From an uncultured virus (IMG/VR IMGVR_UViG_3300036766_002285) (Duplodnaviria > Heunggongvirae > Uroviricota > Caudoviricetes), in IMG/VR virus record IMGVR_UViG_3300036766_002285: 64,000 bases of DNA; one strand, given 5' to 3'. A program made the position numbers and the translations under genes. How positions within the stretch are numbered: the first letter of the stretch is position 1; every line of letters starts with the position of its first letter. Below are positions 1 to 9,516 of this stretch, piece by piece. Below the pieces are notes generated by a model, which was given only the letters and a program-made list of their open reading frames with translations, made no database searches and was not told where the DNA came from.

Positions 1-30
1 CAATTAGCATTATTCTAAAATCAACTCGCC

Positions 31-130
31 ATGAGCCTCTCTGTTCAATAAATTAAACGGAGATTTCGGGAAAAAATTAACCAACTTTGGCTAGTTCTTT
101 ATAGTTCGAGGCCTGCACCAGGCCCAGCAC
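31..130 (-). ncRNA. 3' part of putative omegaRNA / right end of tnpB lineage-B copy 1
   Basis: Minus strand reads CCGAAATCT-hairpin(CCGTTTAA/TTGAACAG)-AGAGGCTCAT, matching CCGAAATCT-hairpin-AGAGGTTCAA after the paralogue at 34835-34871. Similarity stops there. 5' boundary not defined. Confidence 0.65.
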
Positions 131-1131
131 TAGAGTGTTCATAGCCGCATTAATATCGCGATCATGAGTGATTCCACAATCACACGTCCAATGCCTTACT
201 GTCATCATGTCCCAACCTGTAGGGCCTGTTAAGGCTCCACATGCAGAACATGTACGAGTGGAATTCTTTGAAGGAACTTCGATATAGCGCGTACCGCCGG
301 CAAGGCTCTTGTATGCGAGTTGTTTACGAAGTTCCCCGTGACTTGCTGAAGCCACTGACTTTCCTAGCTTTTTTGCTATCTTTACATGGTTATCTTTAGA
401 GAATGCTATTAAAGAATTTTCTTGTACCAACCGATAAGATGTCTTATGGTTACGATCTTTACGTTGGTTCTTGATCTTTTCACTAATCCGAGCTACTAGT
501 TTAGTATTGCCACCACGTTGAGCTTGTCCTAGACGTATAGCAGAGTTCTCTAGTTCTTTTGGATGAGGAATCTTCTCCCCGGTAGATAAGGTTAGCAGGC
601 TTATATATCCAGGGTCGATACCTATTTCACCAAAAACTTTACGCTCAATAGGAGCTCGATCCGCGTCAATAAATAAGCATAAATACCAACCGGAAGCGCG
701 TTTTACTATTCTTCCACATTTAATTTTACCTACGGGAAGAGTTTGTTTATGAAAGCGTACTCGACCTATACCAGGCAGTTTAATATAGTTATCTTTTGGA
801 GCACAGATAGGATCTGGAAATGGTATGGAACTAAGTTTACGACGATTACCTTTCAGTTTGGGTTTACCAGCAGATTTTTTGAAACAGCGATCCCAAGACA
901 TATAGACAGTACTTAAAATACCACGAATAGTGTGACCCGAGATACCTATTTTTTACCGTGCCCTGCCAAAATATTAATAAAATCATAATGCGTATAATAG
1001 ATACCACATTTAGCATCCAATTCGATTTTACGAATTGCCCAATTATACACTCCGGTAAGTGAAAACAGCCAGGACTGTAGCTCTAATTCTTGGGCTGTTT
1101 TTAACCTGAGTTTAAGCTGGTATTGGAGCAT
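77..1131 (-). pseudogene. tnpB: TnpB (RNA-guided RuvC nuclease), lineage B, split by a 1-bp deletion
   Basis: ORFs 946-1146 and 77-901 join into a full homologue of 33774-34829 if the A6 run (T6 at 949-954) were A7 (HGKK-IGISGHTIRGIL). Motifs GIDPG, CSACG, HDRDINAA. Start set at MLQYQ by alignment. Confidence 0.85.
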
Positions 1132-1164
1132 AATAGTATACTGCATATTGTGCAGTATACTATT
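1132..1164. repeat. Perfect 14-bp inverted repeat directly upstream of the tnpB start
   Basis: AATAGTATACTGCA-TATTG-TGCAGTATACTATT. Confidence 0.85.
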
Positions 1165-1265
1165 AGTTAGTCAAGATACCTTAGTCATTATTATGGTAAA
1201 TTTGATGGTTTAATTGCCAACAATCTCTTGTAAACACCATATAACATTACTACAATCTCAGACAT

Positions 1266-1305
1266 AAAAAAGGGCCACAGTCACCGGTGTGGCAACTGCA
1301 GCCCT
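1266..1305 (-). terminator. Probable intrinsic terminator
   Basis: Minus strand AGGGCTGCAGTTGCC-ACAC-CGGTGACTGTGGCCCT followed by a T-run, downstream of 1445-3007. Confidence 0.6.
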
Positions 1306-1444
1306 CTTTAATATTTTTAAATTTCTATGGAAGTTTTCAATAAGGCAATAAGCATATAATTTCACGTCTTACTTAAAACTAATGAAAATTACCAAGCTAT
1401 AATTGAATTAAAAACAACGCCTAAACGCGTTAGCGTTCTGATTT

Positions 1445-3007
1445 TTAATATAGCGCTAGTTGTAAATCCTCTAGTGCTTCGGGAATAATGCGAGCATCTG
1501 CTTGCGTTAGTCCGTCTATGGTGTCTAATAATAGAGTTAAAGTCCCAGTCCAGTTATCTGCAAAAGAAAAATAACTTTCCCATGCTATAATCATATTCGG
1601 GGCTTGACTATTACTAAAACCAAGACGTTTTACGAGATACGGAAAAACAGCTTGTGCAACCGAGGAATCACTAAGTGAAGTACCTATCTCCAAGTCATAA
1701 AAAGGCAAAATCTCTTCAAATAGCCAATCGAACTTTTCACAGGCTTCTATTAGCACATTTAGAACAGCAATTTCTGCAGTTGGTGTGTTACTATATCTCA
1801 GAAAATATTTAAGGGTATCTTTTGGATCCGCTAGTAACGAAGCTACTATACCAGGCCGTAGACCATTAACCATATTCTCTGAGTTTTGAATCCAGTATAT
1901 AGTAGAAGTGCTTGACCCGACCTGTAGGAGCTCTAAAAGCAAGGCGCTTTCTAGCTTATGCGTTAAATTGCTCAAAATCTCATAAACACTTACCGTCTTA
2001 TATGAAGGTAAGCAGCTATAAGCATCTTCTTCAGTTTCACCGGCCAAGGCAAATTGTATAAATCTAACAACAAAGGCTTTTTCACAAGCCGCTGTCATAG
2101 GAGCAATACGCATACTTTGTAGTGCAGCACTTAAATGTTCTAGACTTCCAGTCAAAAGTACTTTTTGTATTTTTTCTGGGTCAGCTCCAGCCATAATGGC
2201 ACTTAAGAACTGTGCTGGGTTACCATCAACTAAAATGTCAGCAGCTCCAGGTTCAACTGAAGTAAACTTTGTTGTACGATGTCCAAAGTCCTCGCCAGCA
2301 TCTGTCGGATGGTGCTTTATCCAGCTATTACTAAGATCGCAGCTCAATAATTCACGTTCATCTAAGACATACTTCAATATAACATCTCGAGCGCCTAAAT
2401 GTGCCGGATGTGCCTCGATAATTGCCGACACACTAACACCTTTAATACTTCCGCTATTAGCTAGACTAGCTAGACAAGCATTCAGCTGAGTATGTGCACA
2501 GCTAGCTGCGGTCATAGCTAAGTCGGGTCTTGTGGCCAATCTTTCAGCCAACGGCCATGCCTTTAGTGTTATGTAAGCGACTCTGTTGTACTCGTTATTG
2601 TAAGAATTAGCATACTCTGATAATACAGAAGTCAGATCCTCCAAATTCATAACAGCGCAAGCAGAATCTAATGCAATTTGGTCATTTTTCAAAAATGCCC
2701 ATCTGGCTAGATCCATGCGTACAGCGTCGGGAGTTGATGGGTTTGCCATCAAATTTCTACGTACTGACACCCGGGTATCTTTAGCAAATTTAGCCAAAAT
2801 TTTTGGATCTGTTGAAGTATTTTGAGTTATGTATAAAACATGCTCCAAACTACCTTTGTACCATTTTTTAGCACTATTTGAAGATATGGCAACATTGTTG
2901 TTGGGTGCCATAGATACACCTTTATGAATGCGTGGAAATAACAGTTCTGCTAATTCGTCATGCGAATTCACGGACCAAAAATATTTCGCAATATTTGATT
3001 TTGACAT
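1445..3007 (-). CDS. Helical protein with leucine-rich-variant/HEAT-like repeat; paralogue of 13470-14858
   Basis: LAKFAKDTRVSVRRNLMANPSTP motif; C-terminal AWESYFSFADNWTGTLTLLLDT resembles GWEFLLVLSKEWNSTLIDLLET of 13470. Confidence 0.65.
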   Translation of the reverse strand: MSKSNIAKYFWSVNSHDELAELLFPRIHKGVSMAPNNNVAISSNSAKKWYKGSLEHVLYITQNTSTDPKILAKFAKDTRVSVRRNLMANPSTPDAVRMDLARWAFLKNDQIALDSACAVMNLEDLTSVLSEYANSYNNEYNRVAYITLKAWPLAERLATRPDLAMTAASCAHTQLNACLASLANSGSIKGVSVSAIIEAHPAHLGARDVILKYVLDERELLSCDLSNSWIKHHPTDAGEDFGHRTTKFTSVEPGAADILVDGNPAQFLSAIMAGADPEKIQKVLLTGSLEHLSAALQSMRIAPMTAACEKAFVVRFIQFALAGETEEDAYSCLPSYKTVSVYEILSNLTHKLESALLLELLQVGSSTSTIYWIQNSENMVNGLRPGIVASLLADPKDTLKYFLRYSNTPTAEIAVLNVLIEACEKFDWLFEEILPFYDLEIGTSLSDSSVAQAVFPYLVKRLGFSNSQAPNMIIAWESYFSFADNWTGTLTLLLDTIDGLTQADARIIPEALEDLQLALY

Positions 3008-3239
3008 TAATACTCATTTCTCGGGGGTATTTATATGATTTTACGAAGTCCTATAGACTATTGGCGCACGCAAGTAAAGCCAAACATATCTTGTCAAGGC
3101 AGCCACGTCTCATGGTTAAAAAAGTAGTTATATTTTCTACTAGTACGGCAATATTGTAGTAACCAGAGCTATCTACTTAGCTTGCTATATGCACTCCAGC
3201 CCTTACAGTATTATCGCAGCAACACTAAGGAGTATTTCC

Positions 3240-3494
3240 ATGAATGAACCAAAAGAATATGTGACGCGCCCGTCTCTTAGAGTGTCTGCCATGCAGGTTA
3301 CGGATGATAATCTTGATATTATTATTAGATGGGTATTTGACCACGGCATTTTATATTCTTGGCAGGGATTTGAGTATCCTCCAGCGGGGCACTGGGTTGT
3401 TATTTCAGCTGCTACTAGCGGGGTTATGCCTTGGCTCGTTTCCGTACGTTCAAATGCAGACTTTTTAGCTACTTATATGGAAGCTACAAATTAG
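3240..3494 (+). CDS. Hypothetical phage-like protein
   Basis: AAGGAG before ATG 3240 (MNEPKEY). Confidence 0.65.
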   Translation: MNEPKEYVTRPSLRVSAMQVTDDNLDIIIRWVFDHGILYSWQGFEYPPAGHWVVISAATSGVMPWLVSVRSNADFLATYMEATN

Positions 3495-3524
3495 AACAGT
3501 TTTAATTACACAAGTGAGACTATT

Positions 3525-3812
3525 ATGACCACAGACCAAACTCCAAGCCAACCACTCCCAACACCCATAGTAGACGGTGGCTTAGATTCGTATTTATTGA
3601 AAGTGGCTTACGAACAAAATGCTGCGCAAAGTAGAATAATTAAAGATCTCGAGAGTTTGTCTGCCAGACAATGTCAGCTTTTAGCCCAGATTTTTGATGA
3701 TATTGAAAATCCGGAAAATGGTGATTACTTTAGTCAAACTGAACTTAATTCTATAAAAACGCAAATACAAGCCCTTCATCAAGAGTATTTAACCTATAAA
3801 AAAAATGAGTAA
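3525..3812 (+). CDS. Hypothetical protein
   Basis: ORF in a co-directional string, overlapping the next gene. Confidence 0.6.
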   Translation: MTTDQTPSQPLPTPIVDGGLDSYLLKVAYEQNAAQSRIIKDLESLSARQCQLLAQIFDDIENPENGDYFSQTELNSIKTQIQALHQEYLTYKKNE

Positions 3813-4056
3813 AGGAGTACCTATGAACATGTACGACGGAACAGCCCAACCTATTCACAGCTACGAAGTAGGCGATATTGTTATTATCAACATGGGAGAG
3901 CACCAGGGTAAAGAAGCTACAGTCGTAGCTATCAAACCGAATCAATCTAATGGGCGAAGTCGCTATACTTTAGGGATCCCATCAGAGGAAGGTTTTGTAG
4001 ATAAGATTATTTATTGTTTTGAAAATTGTTTTGACAAAGGCCCTTTACATAAATAG
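3805..4056 (+). CDS. KOW/SH3-like small protein
   Basis: YEVGDIVIINMGEHQGKEATVVAI KOW motif. Confidence 0.65.
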   Translation: MSKGVPMNMYDGTAQPIHSYEVGDIVIINMGEHQGKEATVVAIKPNQSNGRSRYTLGIPSEEGFVDKIIYCFENCFDKGPLHK

Positions 4057-4131
4057 AGTTAATATATTAAGTATCTTGCATTTGGTCGCACCACAGCTAC
4101 AGTAATACCTAACTATAAGGAGAAAGCAAAT

Positions 4132-4395
4132 ATGAGCAAAAAAGATAATTCAATACTGGTATCCCCCGGTGATTATAGTATATATTCTATGATTAGAATA
4201 CAACCCGAACCTATAGATTCATCGAAAGCTAAATTCAGAGAAGGTGACATAGTATATCAAAAAGGTTCTGGCGGGAAGCCTAGCGAACTAAGTTATTTTG
4301 TAGTTATTGCTCCCTGGTCTCAAAAAGAAGTTGATGATGGTTTTGTTCGTCTTCGCCCCGCAACCAGGTCTGAACGTCTTTTAGAACATTACTAA
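4132..4395 (+). CDS. Hypothetical protein (FREGDIV SH3-like motif)
   Basis: AAGGAG SD; TACAGT -10-like box upstream. Confidence 0.65.
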   Translation: MSKKDNSILVSPGDYSIYSMIRIQPEPIDSSKAKFREGDIVYQKGSGGKPSELSYFVVIAPWSQKEVDDGFVRLRPATRSERLLEHY

Positions 4396-4409
4396 TCAAG
4401 GAAACAACT

Positions 4410-4622
4410 ATGCAAACAGAGAAACAATTGAAAGCGGCCGGCGACCTGTTTTTATCCGGGATGAACAGACGAGATAAGAGCGGAAAAGTCTTGACCGAGG
4501 CAGGTAAACAAAATCGCTTAGCTGATATTATGGAAGGAACGGCGGCTACAAAAGAGTTTCCTCACATAGAAATTACAGAAGCAAATCCTGAATGGGTTAA
4601 TTTCGAGGATTCAGATCAATGA
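4410..4622 (+). CDS. Hypothetical protein
   Basis: AAGGA SD; ATGA overlap with 4619. Confidence 0.6.
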   Translation: MQTEKQLKAAGDLFLSGMNRRDKSGKVLTEAGKQNRLADIMEGTAATKEFPHIEITEANPEWVNFEDSDQ

Positions 4623-4839
4623 CCGCGACTACTTATAGTAGATCAGACGGCAAAAGAATTTTCGGCCGCAGAGTTATAGATAATCTACTTGCTTTTGGTC
4701 AAGTATATGACTATGGTATAACCTCTATAATCGAAGAACAATGGACTGACACTGCGCTTTTGCGGTTTCGTACCGTTCCTTTTGAGTGTTGTTTAGTGAC
4801 TCTTTAGGAGTTCTTCTTTACAGATGAACAGTTCTTGTT

Positions 4840-6225
4840 TTAGGCCACCATTGCTGGTTGCTTCAAGATTGACGCTTCATCGGCCACAACATTTATATCT
4901 TTAGAATTCATGGAATTCTTAGGTATTTTAGTTTTATGTAGGCCTTCACGTCCAGACTCCGGACTACTCCCGGTGTTTACTACTGTATTGCTTGGCTGAC
5001 TAGGTAACCCCAGTTTAGCCAAATTCACTGCTGCATTAAGATCTCTATTCAAGACATTAGGGCAAACAGTGCATTTATATATTCGATCAAAGCGTGGTAG
5101 TTTGGCTTTCACTATTCCACACTTTGAACATGTTTTACTAGAGGGATAGAACCGGTCAGCTATAACTAAAGTTGAGCCATACCAGAGCGTCTTATATTTA
5201 AGTTGCCTGTAAAATTCTCCAAGACCGCCGTCAGACATCTGTTTTCCTAGATGACCGCTTTGTACTATACCTGCGACATGTAAGTCTTCAACGACGATTC
5301 TATCAAAGTTTTTGGCAATATTCGTCGTAGTTTTGTTGGTTAAGTCTCTACGACAATTAGCAGGCTTTGCATGTATACGTCGAAGTCTTTCTTGTTCTTT
5401 AATATATCGGTTTGATGGTTTAGTGCCGGTTTGCTTATTATGGTTTTGTTTGCGTGCCAAGTTCTTGTTTGAACGCCTAAGTAGTTTAGCCTGTTTATCT
5501 GTATTTCGTGGATTTTCAGTTCTCAAAAGCTCTTCACCAGTCGGACTTGCTCCAATATGCAAAGTATTTATACCCACATCAATACCTATAATGCGGTTGC
5601 CTTTGCGCGGTGCTGGAATATCACGATCTACTTCTACAGTGAAAGATACAAACCATCTGTTTTGTTTATGAGACAAGGTGGCTGCTATAATTCTGCCTTT
5701 ACCGCGCTCCAGATGTCTGGCCAGTTTGCGGGTACTCTCATGGGTGCGGATCTGACCTATAACCGGAAGGAGTATATGGTGACGATCCAAAGTTACCCCA
5801 ATGTTTCCTGTGGTGAAGCGAACACTCTCATGCTGACTTCGTTTATGATATTTAGGGAACCCTACAGGTTGACCTTTTCGTTTGCCTGTTAAAGAATCGC
5901 GATGGTTTGATACCCCTAAAGATAACCGTTTGGTGCCATCCGAGTAGGCTTCCTTGGAATTCTCTTTCCACCAGGGGGCAACAATGTCTTTCTGGGCGTT
6001 CCAATACTTTCTTAACGCATAATGTGAAGTCGGAAAATAGGGTGTCAGTTCACTTTTTGCCACACCGGAACTTTTCTCAGCTTTTCTCTGATCGCGTGTG
6101 GCTTTCATACAACCAAGAAGATAATTGTAAACATACCTGGAAGCTCCCACATGAGAGCTACAAGCCCGTTCTTGTTCAGGGGATGGGTCAAGAGCAAACT
6201 TGTAAGACAGGTGTATTACACTCAT
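4840..6225 (-). CDS. tnpB: IS607-type TnpB, actinobacterial type
   Basis: YKFALDPSPEQ; APWWKENSKEAY; RuvC GIDVG / VVEDL / NRDLNAA; Zn finger CSKCG-CTVC. Confidence 0.93.
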   Translation of the reverse strand: MSVIHLSYKFALDPSPEQERACSSHVGASRYVYNYLLGCMKATRDQRKAEKSSGVAKSELTPYFPTSHYALRKYWNAQKDIVAPWWKENSKEAYSDGTKRLSLGVSNHRDSLTGKRKGQPVGFPKYHKRSQHESVRFTTGNIGVTLDRHHILLPVIGQIRTHESTRKLARHLERGKGRIIAATLSHKQNRWFVSFTVEVDRDIPAPRKGNRIIGIDVGINTLHIGASPTGEELLRTENPRNTDKQAKLLRRSNKNLARKQNHNKQTGTKPSNRYIKEQERLRRIHAKPANCRRDLTNKTTTNIAKNFDRIVVEDLHVAGIVQSGHLGKQMSDGGLGEFYRQLKYKTLWYGSTLVIADRFYPSSKTCSKCGIVKAKLPRFDRIYKCTVCPNVLNRDLNAAVNLAKLGLPSQPSNTVVNTGSSPESGREGLHKTKIPKNSMNSKDINVVADEASILKQPAMVA

Positions 6226-6343
6226 AAAGGTTTAACTTGTTCAGGCATGTCTCGTACAAGATCATCATTCCGTTCATCACGCAACCTACCTGCCGCTGTA
6301 TTCAATGTTCCGTCTACTTCACTAGCCCAATCTGAATGTTCAT
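6222..6343 (-). pseudogene. tnpA: Remnant of IS607 serine-recombinase transposase
   Basis: Frameshifted N-terminus MNI/SDWASEV joined to NDDLVRDM (typical IS607 TnpA start and DDLVRDM motif); ATGA overlap with tnpB. Confidence 0.7.
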
Positions 6344-6350
6344 ATATCTA

Positions 6351-6390
6351 GTATCGGCACTAGATGCCCCTTGATGGCACTCGATGCCGC
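6351..6390. repeat. IS607 left-end imperfect 10-bp direct repeats
   Basis: GTATCGGCAC / TAGATGCCCC / TTGATGGCAC / TCGATGCCGC. Confidence 0.7.
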
Positions 6391-6660
6391 TGAACCCTGT
6401 ACTGCTCACAACCCTTAAATTAGACCCAAGTGAAAAGTGCGAAAATTGCCGCGGCGCCGGAGAAGAGCCAAGAATTTTTAATCGCTTTGGCGATTGTTTT
6501 GAGTGCTGTGGCTCAGGCGCATAAATAACCAAGTCACAATGGACAAAAGTTAATTGGCAATCACAAATGCCACTTTAATAGCTGTACATGCCTATATGCA
6601 TATGGCCACTTGTTCGGCATAATTATAGTACAAGGTCCTTAGTATTAAAGGAGCAAGGTG

Positions 6661-6819
6661 ATGGAACTACAAGTAGACGCACTACAAGAAGCTGTTGATT
6701 ATTATCGTACACATGCCATGACTCACACCTTTTTTGATAAGTCTCAAGAACAGCTAGACGCCCTTATTGTTAAAGCTATGCAAGCAGATACTAACGCATC
6801 AACCGGAGATAAGCCATGA
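6661..6819 (+). CDS. Small hypothetical protein (52 aa, not in ORF track)
   Basis: AAGGAG SD, MELQVDALQEAVDYY..., ATGA overlap with 6816. Confidence 0.6.
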   Translation: MELQVDALQEAVDYYRTHAMTHTFFDKSQEQLDALIVKAMQADTNASTGDKP

Positions 6820-7163
6820 CCACTCTTAGAAAAGAATATGCAGACTTTACTAGACGAAAATTTGAAGAAATTCAAGCCTTCCAGGACAATAATATGCATG
6901 CCGGAGAAATGCCTATTACTTATTTATTTGCAGACGTCCCAGCAGAAATTTTAGATAGTAGTATAGAATTAGATAATGAACATGACATGCATCGGCTTAA
7001 TTTCTATATTGCTTGGTCCGAAACCTTCGTTATTTATTTTGAAATAATAGATGAAGAAGCTTGTCTAGTTTATCAATGTAGAAACTATTCTCTAGATCGT
7101 CCTAAAAATTCGAAACAAGCTTTGATGGACGCCATGAACGCTTTCTCTAAGGAAAACAAATGA
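6816..7163 (+). CDS. Phage-like protein, family with 7160 and 48264
   Basis: Shared TY/F-x3-V/LP-x-I...AWS-x2-V...RN pattern. Confidence 0.7.
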   Translation: MTTLRKEYADFTRRKFEEIQAFQDNNMHAGEMPITYLFADVPAEILDSSIELDNEHDMHRLNFYIAWSETFVIYFEIIDEEACLVYQCRNYSLDRPKNSKQALMDAMNAFSKENK

Positions 7164-7468
7164 GTACAACAAAGCGCACCCTCAAACAAGAACTTGGATC
7201 TTTTACAAAAAAGACCGGAGAAGAGATCTTAGCTATTCGAGATACGCACAGCGACACTACATATTTAATTACTGAGGTGCCAGAAACAATAATGGGGCAT
7301 ACTGAAGATAGTGGTGACGATGGTATGGGATTAGCATTAACAAGATATATGGCGTGGTCTAAATCATATGTCTTATACTATGATTCCAGCGATGAGTACG
7401 GCGGCTCGGATTTACGTTGGCTTCCTAGAAATTATAATGATCCAAAAATCCAAGAGGGCTACTTATGA
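7160..7468 (+). CDS. Phage-like protein, family with 6816 and 48264
   Basis: YMAWSKSYVLYY...WLPRNY. Confidence 0.7.
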   Translation: MSTTKRTLKQELGSFTKKTGEEILAIRDTHSDTTYLITEVPETIMGHTEDSGDDGMGLALTRYMAWSKSYVLYYDSSDEYGGSDLRWLPRNYNDPKIQEGYL

Positions 7469-7656
7469 GTGATCTGATGTGGTGGGGCTATTTACATGCT
7501 AACGATACTGTGCAGGTTAAAAGGTGGTTCGGGGATGTAAAAGATTATACGGACGATTGTATTGATAATGATTTTGTGGTCCAAGTTGTCCCTCCATTTG
7601 CAGCTGGTTCCCGAGAAGAAGCAATAAAGATAGTTACAAGAGCTGTAAAAGGTTAA
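7465..7656 (+). CDS. Small phage-like protein
   Basis: WWGYLHANDTVQVKRWF...PFAAGSREEA; ATGA overlap. Confidence 0.7.
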   Translation: MSDLMWWGYLHANDTVQVKRWFGDVKDYTDDCIDNDFVVQVVPPFAAGSREEAIKIVTRAVKG

Positions 7657-7658
7657 CT

Positions 7659-7862
7659 ATGGATACGAATAATACTTTTAGCACACAAGAGCCGGACTAC
7701 AAACAATATGCAGACAGGTTTGCTAAAAAACTACGACAATTACGCAACGAACTAAGCTATGAAATAGAGGTTGCGGAGTCCGATAACCGAAGCGAATTTA
7801 CAGATGATTTGCTCTCTGAGTATGACAATATTGTTAATAAAACACAGGAGAAATCATCATGA
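7659..7862 (+). CDS. Hypothetical protein
   Basis: Co-directional, ATGA overlap with the next gene. Confidence 0.6.
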   Translation: MDTNNTFSTQEPDYKQYADRFAKKLRQLRNELSYEIEVAESDNRSEFTDDLLSEYDNIVNKTQEKSS

Positions 7863-8182
7863 GTAGTCAACCCGCCACACCTACAGATGCCTTCGATGAA
7901 ATACTCAAAGATCTGCTTGACGCAGCATCCAGTGAAAGTCTGGCTGGTTATGATAGAGTCAGAAGGCGGCTGAAAGATTTGCTAGATGACGCTGCTGACT
8001 TACGTCGTACTGTCCGTGCACTAGAAGAAGTGATCTTCGAACTTCGCACAGAAAGTAAAAAACTTAAAGCCCACAACGGCGAATTGCGAGACAAAATAGA
8101 TTCATTGGAATATAGTAAACGTGAATTAACGGACAGGATTGATAATAACGACGATATGTATCCACCCTGGAGAACCCAGTAA
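7859..8182 (+). CDS. Coiled-coil hypothetical protein
   Basis: AGGAG SD; heptad pattern. Confidence 0.65.
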   Translation: MSSQPATPTDAFDEILKDLLDAASSESLAGYDRVRRRLKDLLDDAADLRRTVRALEEVIFELRTESKKLKAHNGELRDKIDSLEYSKRELTDRIDNNDDMYPPWRTQ

Positions 8183-8195
8183 ACACTCAGCACAA

Positions 8196-8206
8196 GCGCC
8201 AATAGT
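8196..8206 (+). promoter_or_regulatory. Recurring GCGCCAATAGT promoter-like motif
   Basis: Same 11-mer at 3057-3067 (-), 12071-12081, 35022-35032 and 55746-55756; variant at 21835-21845; all intergenic, upstream of genes. Confidence 0.65.
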
Positions 8207-8241
8207 AAATAATAACAAAAAATTACCCGGAGGTATAAAAA

Positions 8242-8382
8242 ATGAAAAACTCTAAAGCAGGAAAAACAGCATCCCGCCGCGGACCCGCAAGATTTCGTGT
8301 CCCATCTGCCGAAGTTCCTGGTATAGCCACTGAGGTAAAACAACTAATCGAAGAACGTACCCCGGCTAAACACAAATACTAA
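8242..8382 (+). CDS. Small basic protein (46 aa, not in ORF track)
   Basis: GGAGG SD; MKNSKAGKTASRRGPARFRV... Confidence 0.55.
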   Translation: MKNSKAGKTASRRGPARFRVPSAEVPGIATEVKQLIEERTPAKHKY

Positions 8383-8402
8383 GTACTGAAAAAGAAGAAA
8401 TA

Positions 8403-8741
8403 ATGACCCAGCCGTCAGTACAAACAACATATCGCAGAGTCGATGGAGTACATTTAGACGATAATGAAACAAAAAGTCTCAACGACGGTCTTATTGGAAT
8501 ATTCAGGGGTCACGTTCCCTTTGATGTTATTGAAGAGCACTATCAAGACGGCGTAGTATTACGTCACCGCGTTATTCGTTTAGGGAAAGCTGAGAAGTGT
8601 GAAAAATGTAACAGCGGGCTGAAATTAGTTTTGAGTGGAAAAGAGGATTATAGCATGATCCAAGTTTATTGCACTCCATGCTATGGTACCGGTATAAAAC
8701 CAAGAACAAACTTTATATGGGTCAATGGGCCTTTTTGTTAA
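8403..8741 (+). CDS. Zn-finger (CxxC...CxxCxGTG) family protein
   Basis: TYRRVDG; CEKC; CTPCYGTG. Confidence 0.7.
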   Translation: MTQPSVQTTYRRVDGVHLDDNETKSLNDGLIGIFRGHVPFDVIEEHYQDGVVLRHRVIRLGKAEKCEKCNSGLKLVLSGKEDYSMIQVYCTPCYGTGIKPRTNFIWVNGPFC

Positions 8742-8800
8742 AGGTATGGCAATAGGCGTGTCTGAAGACAGAATTACTCTACGTATAGAGGACGATTAAA

Positions 8801-9211
8801 ATGAGAGAACCACGACATAAATTTGGTGATATTGTAAAACAGTCTGAAGGCATCCTTCGTGGTATAGAGCAAGTTGTACTAGACATTAAATGGGACGCAA
8901 TTAAAAAAAGATATATATGTCTCGTATGTAGTACACAAGTAATAGATCCCATGGCATATCCCGATCAAAAAAGTTGGTGGTTTGAAGAGGACCTAGTACC
9001 TGCGGGCGGACCTTTACCTGAAGAAGTTAATAAAAGTTTTACTAATAAAATAACTGGAGAAGTCGTTGAAGCACGTAAAGCGGAGGATGGTTCGTTTCGC
9101 TGGAATGTGCGTATAAGAAGGACAAAGTATTTTTCCTTGAGCAGAATTGGAAATGTTGAATTTTATGAGATGTATGAACCGACTCAGGCATATAATAGCA
9201 GGTCAAAATGA
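8801..9211 (+). CDS. Hypothetical protein, tandem paralogue of 9208
   Basis: GAGG SD; close similarity to 9208. Confidence 0.75.
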   Translation: MREPRHKFGDIVKQSEGILRGIEQVVLDIKWDAIKKRYICLVCSTQVIDPMAYPDQKSWWFEEDLVPAGGPLPEEVNKSFTNKITGEVVEARKAEDGSFRWNVRIRRTKYFSLSRIGNVEFYEMYEPTQAYNSRSK

Positions 9212-9516
9212 GAGATCCGCGATATAAAAAAGGAGATATTGTAAAAGAGTCTCAAGGCTTTCTGAGAGGCATTGAACAGATTGTAGTAGATATTACATGG
9301 AATACAACCGAGAAAAGATACGCATGTCATGTTTGCCCCTCAGAAATAACAGATCCAAAAGAGCAACGCGCGAATGGGGATTGGATATTTGAAGAGAACC
9401 TGACACTAGCTAGTGAGCCATTACCTGAAGAAATTAATCAAAGTTTTACTAATAAAATAACCGGAAAGATAATTCGTGCGAATAAAATAAAAGACGGCTC
9501 GTTTCGTTGGTACGTG

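Larger units (their letters stand above)
4755..6399 (-). mobile_element. Non-autonomous IS607-family element (deleted tnpA, intact tnpB)
   Basis: Removal restores the host ORF; CTG shared at both junctions; tnpA remnant and 10-bp left-end repeats. Confidence 0.85.
4619..6578 (+). pseudogene. Zn-finger family gene (paralogue of 8403 and 11758) interrupted by an IS607-like element
   Basis: Joining 4619-4754 to 6400 onward gives TTYSRSDG...IIEEQWTDTVLLTTLKLDPSEKCENCRGAG...CFECCGSGA*ITKSQW, matching the TYRRxDG...IEE...CxxC...CxxCxGxG pattern. Additional TAA at 6522-6524. Confidence 0.8.
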
